A stretch of DNA of 34,109 bases from Candidatus Magasanikiibacteriota bacterium (GCA_943357105.1 CALRGC010000005.1:24310-58418); one strand, 5' to 3'. Shown: positions 8,864 to 18,758, numbered from the stretch's first letter. Notes: a model not told the origin generated them from the sequence alone. Numbers and translations: made by a program.

Positions 8864-9508
8864 ATGAAATTTTTTATTGATACCGCCAATATTGAAGAGA
8901 TTAAAACCGCCCATGCTTGGGGATTGGTGGATGGTGTCACCACCAATCCATCCTTAGTAGCCAAAGAGGGTAGAGATTTTAAACAAGTAGTTTTAGAAAT
9001 TTGCCAGATTGTGGACGGCCCAATCAGCGCTGAAGTAATATCGCTCGAAGCCGATAAAATGATTGCCGAAGCCAAAGAATTGGCCGCTTGGCATAAAAAT
9101 GTAGTGGTAAAAATTCCTTGCACCCCCGATGGACTTCAAGCCGTAAAAGAAGTGACTAAATTAGGTATAAAAACTAATGTCACTTTGGTATTTTCACCAA
9201 ATCAAGTATTGCTTTCCGCCAAAGCGGGCGCTACTTACATTAGTCAATTTGTTGGGCGCCTGGATGATATTGGTGATGATGGTTTACAGATGATTGCTGA
9301 TTCGGTGGCCGTAATTAAAAATTATAATTTTAACTCTCAGATTTTAGTTGCTTCAATTCGTAGTCCAATTACGGTACAAAAAGCAGCTATACTCGGCGCC
9401 CATGTGGCCACCATTCCTTTCAAAGTTTTACAACAACTATTTAAACACCCGCTCACTGATAATGGCATCAAAACTTTTTTGGACGATTGGGCTAAACTAA
9501 AAAAGTAA
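8864..9508 (+). CDS. tal: Transaldolase / fructose-6-phosphate aldolase family (short TalC type)
   Basis: [39 protein letters not shown]. Confidence 0.93.
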   Translation: MKFFIDTANIEEIKTAHAWGLVDGVTTNPSLVAKEGRDFKQVVLEICQIVDGPISAEVISLEADKMIAEAKELAAWHKNVVVKIPCTPDGLQAVKEVTKLGIKTNVTLVFSPNQVLLSAKAGATYISQFVGRLDDIGDDGLQMIADSVAVIKNYNFNSQILVASIRSPITVQKAAILGAHVATIPFKVLQQLFKHPLTDNGIKTFLDDWAKLKK

Positions 9509-9517
9509 TCGATCCAA

Positions 9518-9784
9518 ATGGACAAGAATTCTGCCAAATTTTTCGCCGCGCAAATTGGTGCTTCAATTCCGACGCTAGATTTGCACGGATTTTATCCTAG
9601 TGACGCGCTTGAAAAATTGGAGATATTTCTTTATCAATGTATAGAGAAAAATGCCGACAGCGCCAGGGTAGTTTATGGTGGTGGCACCGGGCGTTTGCGC
9701 CAAGCAGTTTTGGACCACTTGGAAAATCATAAAGTGGTTGTGGATTACCAAGACGAAGGTGGAAGCTGTATAGTTTTATTTTAA
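9518..9784 (+). CDS. Standalone Smr/MutS2-domain protein
   Basis: LDLHG, VVYGGGTGRLR, GGSCIV. Confidence 0.85.
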   Translation: MDKNSAKFFAAQIGASIPTLDLHGFYPSDALEKLEIFLYQCIEKNADSARVVYGGGTGRLRQAVLDHLENHKVVVDYQDEGGSCIVLF

Positions 9785-9854
9785 GCCATAAATCCTTTAA
9801 AATAGGCCAAAAAAGCCTATTTTTTTATCCCCATCTTTTCCACAATTATACCTC

Positions 9855-9883
9855 TTGACAACTTTAAGTGTTCATAGTATAAT
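9855..9883 (+). promoter_or_regulatory. Consensus sigma70 promoter upstream of the 23S-5S unit
   Basis: TTGACA-N17-TATAAT; DnaA-box-like 9-mers at 9825-9833 and 9836-9844. Confidence 0.85.
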
Positions 9884-9889
9884 CCGCAT

Positions 9890-10115
9890 TACGTTTGAAT
9901 CTCCTAAAATTATTTAGGACCACGTCCAAAAGATAATGGTTGAAAGCGTACCCTTGGACCTCTGGGTTATACCGGCACTTAAGCCGGTAACCAAAAATTT
10001 AAAGACAATGTTTACATTGCAGTTAAATTCTTACTCAGAATATCCAAGTGGTTCATAAATACAGATCTTCATCTGATATTTTAGAGGGCCACTTGTAAGA
10101 GTGGCTCTTTTATTT
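9890..10115 (+). ncRNA. Putative structured RNA or rRNA leader ending in a terminator-like hairpin
   Basis: Six short hairpins, long-range closing pairs, and agagggccact/agtggctcttt followed by a T-rich tract. Confidence 0.35.
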
Positions 10116-11480
10116 TAAAAACTCAAACCAAAAATTGCTCTCAGATGATTGCGTTGAAAAATTTCAAAACAATCATCTGGTTGTAACGGAAAGAACTTTG
10201 ACAACTTAATAGGTAAATCAACGCAAAAATAGGGTAGGAAATATTTAATATTTCCCAATATAAAAATACCGCAAAGCACAATTAAGTGTTTTTGCCGTAC
10301 GCAATTTCAACAAGTGCACATGGTGGATGCCTTGACACTAAAAGACGAAGAAGGACGTTGCAGGGTGCGAAAAGTTCCGGAGAGGTCCCAAGCAACCATT
10401 GACCCGGAAATATCCCAATGGGGAAACCCTCGTGCTGATGAAGCACGAATCATTCACTGAATACATAGGTGGATGAAGTAAACCTGGTGAAGTGAAACAT
10501 CTCAGTAACCAGAGGAAAAGAAATCGAAGAGATTCCCTTAGTAGTGGCGAGCGAAAAGGGAAGAGTCTAAACTTTATAAATGTTGTTGCAGTGATTGGTT
10601 GGTCTCACGATTAACTTTGAACTGTAATTTAAAGAGATAGGTCGTTGTTTATAGAGTGTTGTAAGTCGTTAACGCTAATTTCCTACAAAATTAGGCGTCT
10701 AAATTGTTTAATAGCAGAATGTCTCTGGAAAGAGCAACCAAAGCAGGTGAAAGTCCTTTACGCGAAATTAAACAGTTTAACGTGGTTAGCGCACTTGAGT
10801 AGGGCGGGACTCGTGAAATTCCGTCTGAATTTGGGCCGACTATGGTCTAAGACTAAATACTTTTAGTGATCGATAGTGAATTAGTACCATGAGGGAAAGG
10901 TGAAAAGTAGCCCGGAGAGGGCAATGAAATAGTATCTGAAACCGTGTGCTTACAAAGAGCCGGAGCCCGCAAGGGTGACGGTGTTCCTATTGAAGAATGA
11001 GCCTGCGAGTGTGCTGTATGTCGTCGCTTAAGGACCTCTGGTCCGAAGGCATAGCGAAAGCGAGTCTGAAAGGGCGAAATTAAGATGGCATGCACATAAC
11101 CCGAAACCGGGTGGTCAACCCATGACCAGGTTGAACCTTGTAGAAATACAAGGGGAGGACCGAACTCACGAGCCGTGCAACACTCGGAGATGAGTTGTGG
11201 GTAGTAGAGAAATTCTAATCGAACTCGGTGATAGCTGGTTTTCCTCGAAATAGCTCTAGGGCTAGCCTTGCGCGTTCCTAATGCTGGTAGAGCACTGGAT
11301 GAGAATTGGGTCCTTCGGGATACCGTTTTCAATCAAACTCCGAATGGCATTGGTCACTAGCGCAGGAGTCAGACGGTGACGGCGAAGCGCCATCGTCAAA
11401 AGGGGAACAGCCCAGATCGCAAGTTAAGGTCCCTAAATCTATGTTAAGTGTAAAAGGTGGTGATAATTCTTATACAACCA

Positions 11481-11512
<32 letters not shown>

Positions 11513-12287
11513 GATAGCGTAACAGCTCACTGGTCAAGAGTTTTCGCGCCGAAAATGTACCGGGGCTCAAACATAGTACCGAAGCTGCGAAATGTAGTAT
11601 TCCTTCGGGAATATTACTTTGGTAGAGGAACGTTCTTAACGCACTGAAGCTCCAGACGCGAGTCAGAGTGGAGTGTTAAGAAGCGAGAATGCAGGCATAA
11701 GTAGCAAAAATCAAGGTGAGAATCCTTGACGCTGAAAATCTAAGGTTTCCTGGGCAACGAGAATCGTCCCAGGGTTAGTCGATCCTAAGGCCAGGCCGAA
11801 AGGCGTAACCGATGGAAGAGATGGTTAATATTCCATCACTGCGTATGGTTTGGTTTATAGTGCGCATTTTTGAAGCAGCAGCGTGACTAGAATTGCACGC
11901 GGCGCAAGCCAAAGACAAAGCCTTCGGGTGGAGTCAATTACTGTGGAGAATGTGCCCAGAAAAGCTATAAATCGTTAAGCCATAAGCAATCGTACCGGAA
12001 ACCGACACAGGTAGATAGGTCGAGAAGACCAAGGCGAACGAGAGAACCTTCGTTAAGGAACTCTGCAATACAGCGGCCGTAACTTAGGGATAAGGCCCGC
12101 CCCTCGAAAGAGGGGTTACAACAAATGACCCACTGCGACTGTTTACCAAAAACACAGCTCCCTGCAAAAGCGTAAGCTAAAGTATAGGGGGTGATGCCTG
12201 GCCAGTGTCAGAACGTTAAGAGGAGAGGTGCAAGCCTTGAATCGAAGCGCTGATGAACGCCGGCGGTAACTATAACCGTCCTAAGGT

Positions 12288-12574
12288 AGTGAATTCAAGT
12301 AATTGAGTCCACTAGGATTGGGACGAATTATAGCAAATAGTAAACAGTGCAAACATGATCCAGCAGAAGATCATACATCAACAGCCATTAAAAAAGCTGC
12401 CTTACTCACAGTAATGTGAGAGATAATCCGATCATAGCTATATGCTGGGAAATCCAGAAATGGACAATCAGCAGGGAAGACTTTGATTCATTTCAAAGAA
12501 CCCTCAGAGACCAAACGCTATGCTCCTAAGCAATTAGGATGAAGATAGAGTCCGTCGTAATAAAGGAAACGAAG
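12288..12574 (+). mobile_element. Group I intron (IB-like) at 23S position 1931 (E. coli numbering), ORF-less
   Basis: Exon junction cctaaggt|agcgaaattcc; terminal G; IGS gcctta; P3 catagc/gctatg; P4 tgctg/cagca; R ctcagagac and S aagatagagtcc. Confidence 0.9.
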
Positions 12575-13110
12575 AGCGAAATTCCTTGTCGGGCGAGTTC
12601 CGACCTGCACGAATGGCATAACGATGGTGGGACTGTCTCAACGAAGGACTCGGTGAAATTGCAAGGGAGGTGAAGATGCCTCCTACCCGTAACTAGACGA
12701 AAAGACCCCGTGAAGCTTTACTACAACTTGCTATTGATATAAGGATATTTATGTTCAGCGTAGGTGGGACCCGCAAGGGGCCAATGAGACACCACCCTTA
12801 AATATTTTTATGTCTAATTTTCTCCCATGAATCTGGGATAGAAGACAGTGGCTGGTGGGTAGTTTAACTGGGGCGGTTGCCTCCTAAAATGTAACGGAGG
12901 CGTTTACAAAGGTCAGCTTAGCTCGGATGGAAATCGAGCTGGACGCGCAAACGCAAAAGCTGGCTTTACTGCAAGGACTACGATCCGAGCAGTTACGAAA
13001 GTAGAAGTTAGTGAACCGACTACTCTTCATAGGAAGGTAGAAGATCAACGGATAAAAGCTACTCCGGGGATAACAGGCTGATCGCGCCCAATAGTCCACA
13101 TAGACGGCGC

Positions 13111-13151
<41 letters not shown>

Positions 13152-13182
13152 TAGAAGGTCCCAAGGGTTTGGCTGTTCGCCA

Positions 13183-13215
<33 letters not shown>

Positions 13216-13938
13216 AAATAACATTGCGTTACACCATAGAAATATGGTAGTATAGTACTGACTCATAACGGTGAAACCCTACTACAAATTCGAACTGTAA
13301 GTAGAGGGCAATACCGTGGGAAGGTCAATTTATGGCAAAAATTTTCTCAACAACAAAAGCCTATGTTGCCGGATTTTTAGACGGCGATGGCTGTATAATG
13401 TTTCAGTTGGTGCGAAGGAAAGATTATATCTACGGATTTCAGATTCGCGCGAGTATTGTTTTTTATCAAAAAACCATGCATCGCGACCACCTTGAGTGGA
13501 TCAAAAGAATTTTGAAACACGGATATATTCGAGATCGCAACGACGGCATGACAGAGTACACTATCGTTGGTTTTAAATCGGTAATTGAGGTCTTGAAATT
13601 TTTGCAACCATATATAAAAATGAAACGCGAACATGTAGAAGTCGCTTTGAAAATAAGCGCTATCATGTCCGGTAAATTTACCATTGAAAAAATGGTCAAA
13701 GCCGCGCGGTTCGTAGATCAATATCAGCAATTGAATTACTCAAAAAAAAGAGTAAACACTTCCAAAGTATTGATCGATTTTTTAGCGGAACATAAATTGT
13801 ACCCCTGTAACGACTGATCTCGATAATTTCGAGACGACGGATACCACGAAAAGTATCTGTAACACGTCAGCCCCTCCTTGGTGTTGTCCAAGAGGGTGAA
13901 GGTATAGTCTGTGCCATTAGTAATAATGGAATAACACG
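13216..13938 (+). mobile_element. Group I intron (IA-like) at 23S position 2593 carrying a homing endonuclease
   Basis: Exon junction agaacgt|cgtgagacag; terminal G; IGS gcgtt; R gtaacgactg and S aaggtatagtc. Confidence 0.93.
13332..13817 (+). CDS. Single-motif LAGLIDADG homing endonuclease, I-CreI-like
   Basis: YVAGFLDGDGCI, FYQKT, GYIRDR, LQPYIKMK; 161 aa inside the L2593 intron. Confidence 0.93.
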   Translation: MAKIFSTTKAYVAGFLDGDGCIMFQLVRRKDYIYGFQIRASIVFYQKTMHRDHLEWIKRILKHGYIRDRNDGMTEYTIVGFKSVIEVLKFLQPYIKMKREHVEVALKISAIMSGKFTIEKMVKAARFVDQYQQLNYSKKRVNTSKVLIDFLAEHKLYPCND

Positions 13939-14322
13939 CGTGAGACAGTTCGGTCTCCTATCTGTTACGGGCGTTGAATATTGAGAAGGCCCACTCCTAG
14001 TACGAGAGGACCGGAGCGGACGAACCTCTAGTGTGCCAGTTGTCCTTTCAAGGGCATCGCTGGGTAGCTATGTTCGGTGCGGATAAACGCTGAAAGCATC
14101 TAAGCGTGAAGCCGTCTTCAAGATTAATATTCGTTATAGACCCCTTGTAGATTACGAGGTTGATAGGTCCTATGTGTAAGTGTAGTAATACATTGAGCAA
14201 AGGGATACTAATCGGTCGAGCGTATGGCGGAAGCACTGAGTTGTGCTTAAACGAATGCAACATAACCCTCAATATAGTTTGGTTTACCTATTAAGTTCAA
14301 GTTTGAAAAATTAAAGAGTCAG

Positions 14323-14434
14323 TGTCTTGGTGACACAAGCGATGAGGTCACACCTGTTCCCATCCCGAACACAGCAGTTAAGCTCATCTGCGCCAATGAT
14401 AGCCGTAAGGCAAAAGTAGGCCGTCGCCAGGACA
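14323..14434 (+). rRNA. rrf: 5S rRNA
   Basis: cacctgttcccatcccgaacacagcagttaag; helix I tgtcttgg/ccaggaca. Confidence 0.95.
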
Positions 14435-14454
14435 ATGACTCTTTTTTTATTTGC

Positions 14455-14663
14455 CAAAAAACTAAAAACAAGCCAGATATATTTCCTCGCTCACTCACCT
14501 TGAAAACCCTTGCACAATTTGCAACCCGCCAAAGCTCTGGCTCTGAACTCGCCTGAGGGCTCAAACAGCAGAGCCAGCCACGCTTTGTCGGCTCACAAAT
14601 TGTCTGCTCGGATTTTCAGGGTTCGTTCGGAGGAAATATATCTGGCTTGTTTTTAGTTTTTTG
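14455..14663. repeat. 209-bp palindromic element with perfect 34-bp terminal inverted repeats
   Basis: 14455-14488 is the exact reverse complement of 14630-14663; the interior forms an imperfect long hairpin. Confidence 0.85.
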
Positions 14664-14681
14664 AGAAATAATCTGGGGTAT

Positions 14682-15200
14682 TTATGCGCCAAATGGCAGG
14701 TCGACTATGGCTAAAATTGTTATTACAGCTATAGTTAGTAGAGAAGAAAACGAAGTTAAAATTAATATAAATAATAAATTTTTTCTAGATAAATTTATTC
14801 GTTCTTTAATGCCAAGTGTAATAAATAATGCGCCTGCTATGGCTACTGCTACGCTTTTTAAAATATCTGACATAGGCAAGGGCGCAGCTTCTAAATTCAT
14901 CATTTGCTTACCATAAATATAAACTTTTGGTACTTTTAGAAAGAATTCAGCTGTTTTATCAGCTGTATAGGCGACAGTTGATGCTAACAAAAGAAAGCCT
15001 ATAATAAAAAGTATGTTGGTTAAATTTTTTTTATTTTGTTCTTTAGAAGTCAGTCCTAACGTAATTACTATGCAAAATATGGTGCTTAAAATAAATACAG
15101 GAAGTGCTATTAATGAAATAATAGGTATGGTAGATAAAGCGGCGCTGACGATTAGCCCGACATATAGAAAGCTTAAAAATAAGAGTTTTTCTTTGTCCAT
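14682..15200 (-). CDS. Hypothetical multi-pass membrane protein
   Basis: 172 aa with about five hydrophobic segments; upstream TTGACC-N18-TATAAT. Confidence 0.7.
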   Translation of the reverse strand: MDKEKLLFLSFLYVGLIVSAALSTIPIISLIALPVFILSTIFCIVITLGLTSKEQNKKNLTNILFIIGFLLLASTVAYTADKTAEFFLKVPKVYIYGKQMMNLEAAPLPMSDILKSVAVAIAGALFITLGIKERINLSRKNLLFILILTSFSSLLTIAVITILAIVDLPFGA

Positions 15201-15334
15201 ATTTTTAAATAAAATTTATTTAATTTGTGCCAAAAAACAGCTATATTATACCAATAATACATTAAATAGGTCAAAGTAGCTGTCAATATTGTCTTTTATT
15301 TTGGGAAATGGTAAAATAAGGGCGCTATAATCAT

Positions 15335-16324
15335 ATGAATTTACCTCTTACTTTATCACAGTTTTTGATAAAACAACTCGCTAGGCATCCTGAACGTGAT
15401 GGTTTAGTAGCTATAATTTCGGATTTGTCTACCATTGGAAAAATTATTTCCAACCATACCAATCGGGCCGGTGTGGTAGATATGATTGGCAGTGCTCAAA
15501 AGATGAATATCCAGGGGGAAGAAGTAAAAAAGTTGGATGTTTTTTGTAATGAGCTTTGTAAAGACTATTTGCGTCAGACCGGAAATTTTGCAGCCATGGC
15601 CAGTGAAGAAGAAGATGAAGTGGTGGATATGGGAGAATTTGGGAAAGAGGCAAAGTATATAATTGCCTTTGATCCGTTGGATGGTTCACATAATGTCGAA
15701 GTAAATTTACCGGTGGGGACAATTTTTTCCGTCCAGCGTCTATTGAATCAATTTGAACGAACCGACGAACGTCAATTTTTACAGCCGGGCCGTGATCAGG
15801 TTTTGGCCGGCTATATTTTATATAGTGCCAGTACCGTTTTGGTTTTTAGTTGGGGCGATGGGGTATATGAATTTACTTTGGATCAAGGGCTCGGAGAATT
15901 TTTATTGACTAGAGAAAAGATGAGCGTTCCAGCGGAGTGCGCGATATATAGTTTTAATGAAGGCGCTTATCGGTATCTGGGCGATAAGGATAAAAAATTT
16001 ATTGATTATTTGAAAGAAAAAAAGTCCTGTAGTTTGAGATATGTGGCGGCAATGGTCGCTGATGTGCACCGCACCTTAATAAAGGGTGGAATATTTTTAC
16101 ACCCCGCAGTAGATAAAAAAGGCACCGGAGAATATAAAGGTAAATTAAGACTGAATTATGAAGCCAAACCAATGGCTTATTTGGTAGAACAAGCTGGTGG
16201 TTTTTGTACGGAAAGTAAAGGAAATCTTTTGGATCTGCCTGGTGAATCTTTGCATCAGCGCGTGCCAGTAATTTTGGGGAATAAAGATATTATAGAGTAT
16301 TATTTACAAAATAATTTAATTTAG
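15335..16324 (+). CDS. fbp: Fructose-1,6-bisphosphatase class 1
   Basis: NIQGEEVKKLD, SEE, FDPLDGS, VADVHRTL, GKLRLNYE. Confidence 0.95.
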   Translation: MNLPLTLSQFLIKQLARHPERDGLVAIISDLSTIGKIISNHTNRAGVVDMIGSAQKMNIQGEEVKKLDVFCNELCKDYLRQTGNFAAMASEEEDEVVDMGEFGKEAKYIIAFDPLDGSHNVEVNLPVGTIFSVQRLLNQFERTDERQFLQPGRDQVLAGYILYSASTVLVFSWGDGVYEFTLDQGLGEFLLTREKMSVPAECAIYSFNEGAYRYLGDKDKKFIDYLKEKKSCSLRYVAAMVADVHRTLIKGGIFLHPAVDKKGTGEYKGKLRLNYEAKPMAYLVEQAGGFCTESKGNLLDLPGESLHQRVPVILGNKDIIEYYLQNNLI

Positions 16325-16337
16325 AGGAATAAAAGAT

Positions 16338-17354
16338 ATGTCAGAACAAACATTATCACAAATTGCTAAAGCCATGGTGGCTAATGGCAAAGGAATTTTG
16401 GCCGCCGATGAAAGTAGTGGCAATATTAAAAAGAAGTTTGAAAAATTAGGCGTGGAAGATATGTCCGAAAATCATCGCCGTTATCGTGAATTGTTGTTCA
16501 CCGCTCCCGGTATGGAAAAATATATCAGCGGAGTAATTTTATTTGATGAAACTATTCGCCAAGCTACTTCTGATGGATTACCTTTTGCTCAATATTTGAG
16601 CTCTAAAGGTGTAGTTCCGGGCATTAAAGTGGACATTGGTCTCAAAGATATGGACGGTCATGTTGGTGAACAAGTTACCAAGTGGGATGATACTTTGGAT
16701 GCTAGATTAAAAGAATACTATGCTTTGGGTGCGCGTTTTGCCAAATGGCGCGTTGTCATAAATATTGGCGCCGGTATTCCAAGTGATGAATGTATTGAAA
16801 CCAACTGTAAAACTCTGACTGAATATGCCCGCCTCTGCCAGGCTAATGGTATCGTGCCAATTGTGGAACCAGAAGTTTTGATGGATGGTGACCACACTAT
16901 AGATCGTTGTTATGAAGTAACTCATAAAACTCTCAGCACTTTATTCTCTGAGTTAAAAAAAGCTAATGTCGATCTCAGTGGTTTGATCTTAAAACCAAAT
17001 ATGGTGGTGTATAGTTCAAACGGTGAAAAAGTTTCAGCGGATATTGTGGCTCAAAAAACTTTGCAATGTTTTAAGGAAACTGTGCCCGCAGAAGTGCCGG
17101 GAATTGTATTTTTATCTGGTGGTCAGAGCGAACCGGAATCTTGTGTAAATTTGAATGCGATAAATAAATTAGCCAAAGAGCAAAATTCACCATGGAAATT
17201 AACTTTTTCTTATGGACGCGCTCTGCAAAATAGTGCTTTGAAGAATTGGTCGGGAAAAGAAGAGAATAAGATTAAGTCACAGGAAATATTTGCTCACCGA
17301 GCGCAATTGGCTAGCGCCGCTAGTTTGGGAGAATATAAAATTGAAATGGAATAA
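16338..17354 (+). CDS. Fructose-bisphosphate aldolase class I (eukaryote-like glycolytic family)
   Basis: GILAADES, GIKVD, ARFAKWR, VPIVEPEV, LKPNMV, FLSGGQ, FSYGRALQ. Confidence 0.95.
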   Translation: MSEQTLSQIAKAMVANGKGILAADESSGNIKKKFEKLGVEDMSENHRRYRELLFTAPGMEKYISGVILFDETIRQATSDGLPFAQYLSSKGVVPGIKVDIGLKDMDGHVGEQVTKWDDTLDARLKEYYALGARFAKWRVVINIGAGIPSDECIETNCKTLTEYARLCQANGIVPIVEPEVLMDGDHTIDRCYEVTHKTLSTLFSELKKANVDLSGLILKPNMVVYSSNGEKVSADIVAQKTLQCFKETVPAEVPGIVFLSGGQSEPESCVNLNAINKLAKEQNSPWKLTFSYGRALQNSALKNWSGKEENKIKSQEIFAHRAQLASAASLGEYKIEME

Positions 17355-17357
17355 ATT

Positions 17358-17906
17358 ATGACTATGAATCCAATCGCACAAGAATATTATAATAAAAGTG
17401 AAGGTATAATAAATCTATCGTGGCAAGATGTGGAAGCGGATGTTTTAAAAATCATCGCCAAGATGAAAGCGGAGAATTTTGAGCCAGATGTTATTGTGTC
17501 TATTGCTCGCTCTGGATTAATCCCGGCTTCGATGATTGCCTATACTTTAGGCAACAAGCAATTGTATGTTATCAAAGTAGATTTTTCTATTGTTCAAAAA
17601 GACGGTAAAGATCAGGAACTTCGTGACCGGCCAATTATTTCTCAAGAACTGACTAAAGATGTTAGTGGACTAAAGGTTTTGGTTGTAGATGAGATGGCGG
17701 TATCAGGATCCACTTTGAAATTGGTCAAAGCTTATATGGATATCAAAAATCCAGCTGAGGTGAAGTACTGTGTACTCTATAAACAGCCTTGGGCCGGATT
17801 TACGCCAGATTACTTTGGCCGCGAGATAGTAGAGTGGCCTATTTATCCCTGGAAAGAACTAAGAAACAATATTTTGGATCCCCGCGCCAAGATAAAAATG
17901 GCTTAA
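17358..17906 (+). CDS. Type I phosphoribosyltransferase (purine salvage-like)
   Basis: IARSGLIPA, VLVVDEMAVSGSTL PRPP loop, PDYF, WPIYPW. Confidence 0.85.
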   Translation: MTMNPIAQEYYNKSEGIINLSWQDVEADVLKIIAKMKAENFEPDVIVSIARSGLIPASMIAYTLGNKQLYVIKVDFSIVQKDGKDQELRDRPIISQELTKDVSGLKVLVVDEMAVSGSTLKLVKAYMDIKNPAEVKYCVLYKQPWAGFTPDYFGREIVEWPIYPWKELRNNILDPRAKIKMA

Positions 17907-17920
17907 ATAAGCCATTTTTT
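17894..17920 (+). terminator. Intrinsic terminator of fbp-fba-PRT
   Basis: aaaaatggctt/aagccattttt overlapping the stop codon. Confidence 0.6.
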
Positions 17921-17935
17921 AGTAAAATTAACAGT

Positions 17936-17993
17936 TTATCCACAACAGACTGTCGAAAATATTTTGACAGTCTGTATTTTTTTATAGTATAAT
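17936..17993 (+). promoter_or_regulatory. Promoter with overlapping palindromic operator and adjacent DnaA box
   Basis: TTATCCACA 17936-17944; acagactgtc-N11-gacagtctgt 17945-17975; TTGACA 17964-17969, N18, TATAAT 17988-17993. Confidence 0.7.
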
Positions 17994-18017
17994 AATATTG
18001 GCTAAAATAAAGCAAAT

Positions 18018-18755
18018 ATGGACTTAAGTATCTTCAAAAAATTAGGTTTTTCAGATAAAAGTGTCAAGATTTATTTGACACTTATTGGACTTGGACCAAC
18101 TTCTGTCCGTATCTTAGCTAAAAAAACTCGTTTAAATCGTGGTACCGTTTACGATGGTCTCAAATGGCTCAAAGAAACCGGATTGGTAAACTATTATGAA
18201 AAAGAGTCAAAACAATTTTTTGTGGCTGAGGATCCTGAAAAATTACACACTCTGGTACAAAAACAGACCGACGAACTGCAAGAGGTAAATAAAAAGATGA
18301 AAGATATTGTCCAAGAACTTAAATCGGTTCATGACGAAGGTGGTCAGCGACCGGTGGCGCGTTATTATGAAAAAGGTGAGATTAAAAAAATTTTGGAACA
18401 GGTCTTGGAAGTTTGTGAAAAAAGTCCAGAAAAGTGTTATCGGGTTTATTCCGACGCGGCCATTCGCGAATATCTCTACGATGGTTTTGAATCGTTTTCC
18501 GACGCGCGCATCGCCAAAGGAATAGTGGTAAAAGCGATTGCCATTGGTGGCGGCGGTGAATTGCGTGGTCTCGATGAGCGCAAATGGTTACAAATTAAAA
18601 AAGACTCACCTACTTACATTATTATTTATCCGGGGAATACGGCTTATATTTCCTTAAATAATCAAGGTGATTTAATCGGCGTAGTGATTGAAAATGACGG
18701 CGTCCATCAAACCCAAAAAGGGATCTTTGATGCTTTGTGGGATAAAATTAATTGA
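18018..18755 (+). CDS. TrmB-family transcriptional regulator
   Basis: N-terminal wHTH (LGFS...IYLTL...RGTVYDGLKWL...GLV), coiled coil, C-terminal effector domain. Confidence 0.85.
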   Translation: MDLSIFKKLGFSDKSVKIYLTLIGLGPTSVRILAKKTRLNRGTVYDGLKWLKETGLVNYYEKESKQFFVAEDPEKLHTLVQKQTDELQEVNKKMKDIVQELKSVHDEGGQRPVARYYEKGEIKKILEQVLEVCEKSPEKCYRVYSDAAIREYLYDGFESFSDARIAKGIVVKAIAIGGGGELRGLDERKWLQIKKDSPTYIIIYPGNTAYISLNNQGDLIGVVIENDGVHQTQKGIFDALWDKIN

Positions 18756-18758
18756 CTT

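Noticed and set aside
9891-9925. c-di-AMP (ydaO) riboswitch suggested by tgaatc...agga
   Set aside because: The rest of the consensus, including the second symmetric half, is absent
12330-12415. Endonuclease ORF in the first intron
   Set aside because: Only a short peptide with no LAGLIDADG motif; at most an unrecognisable remnant
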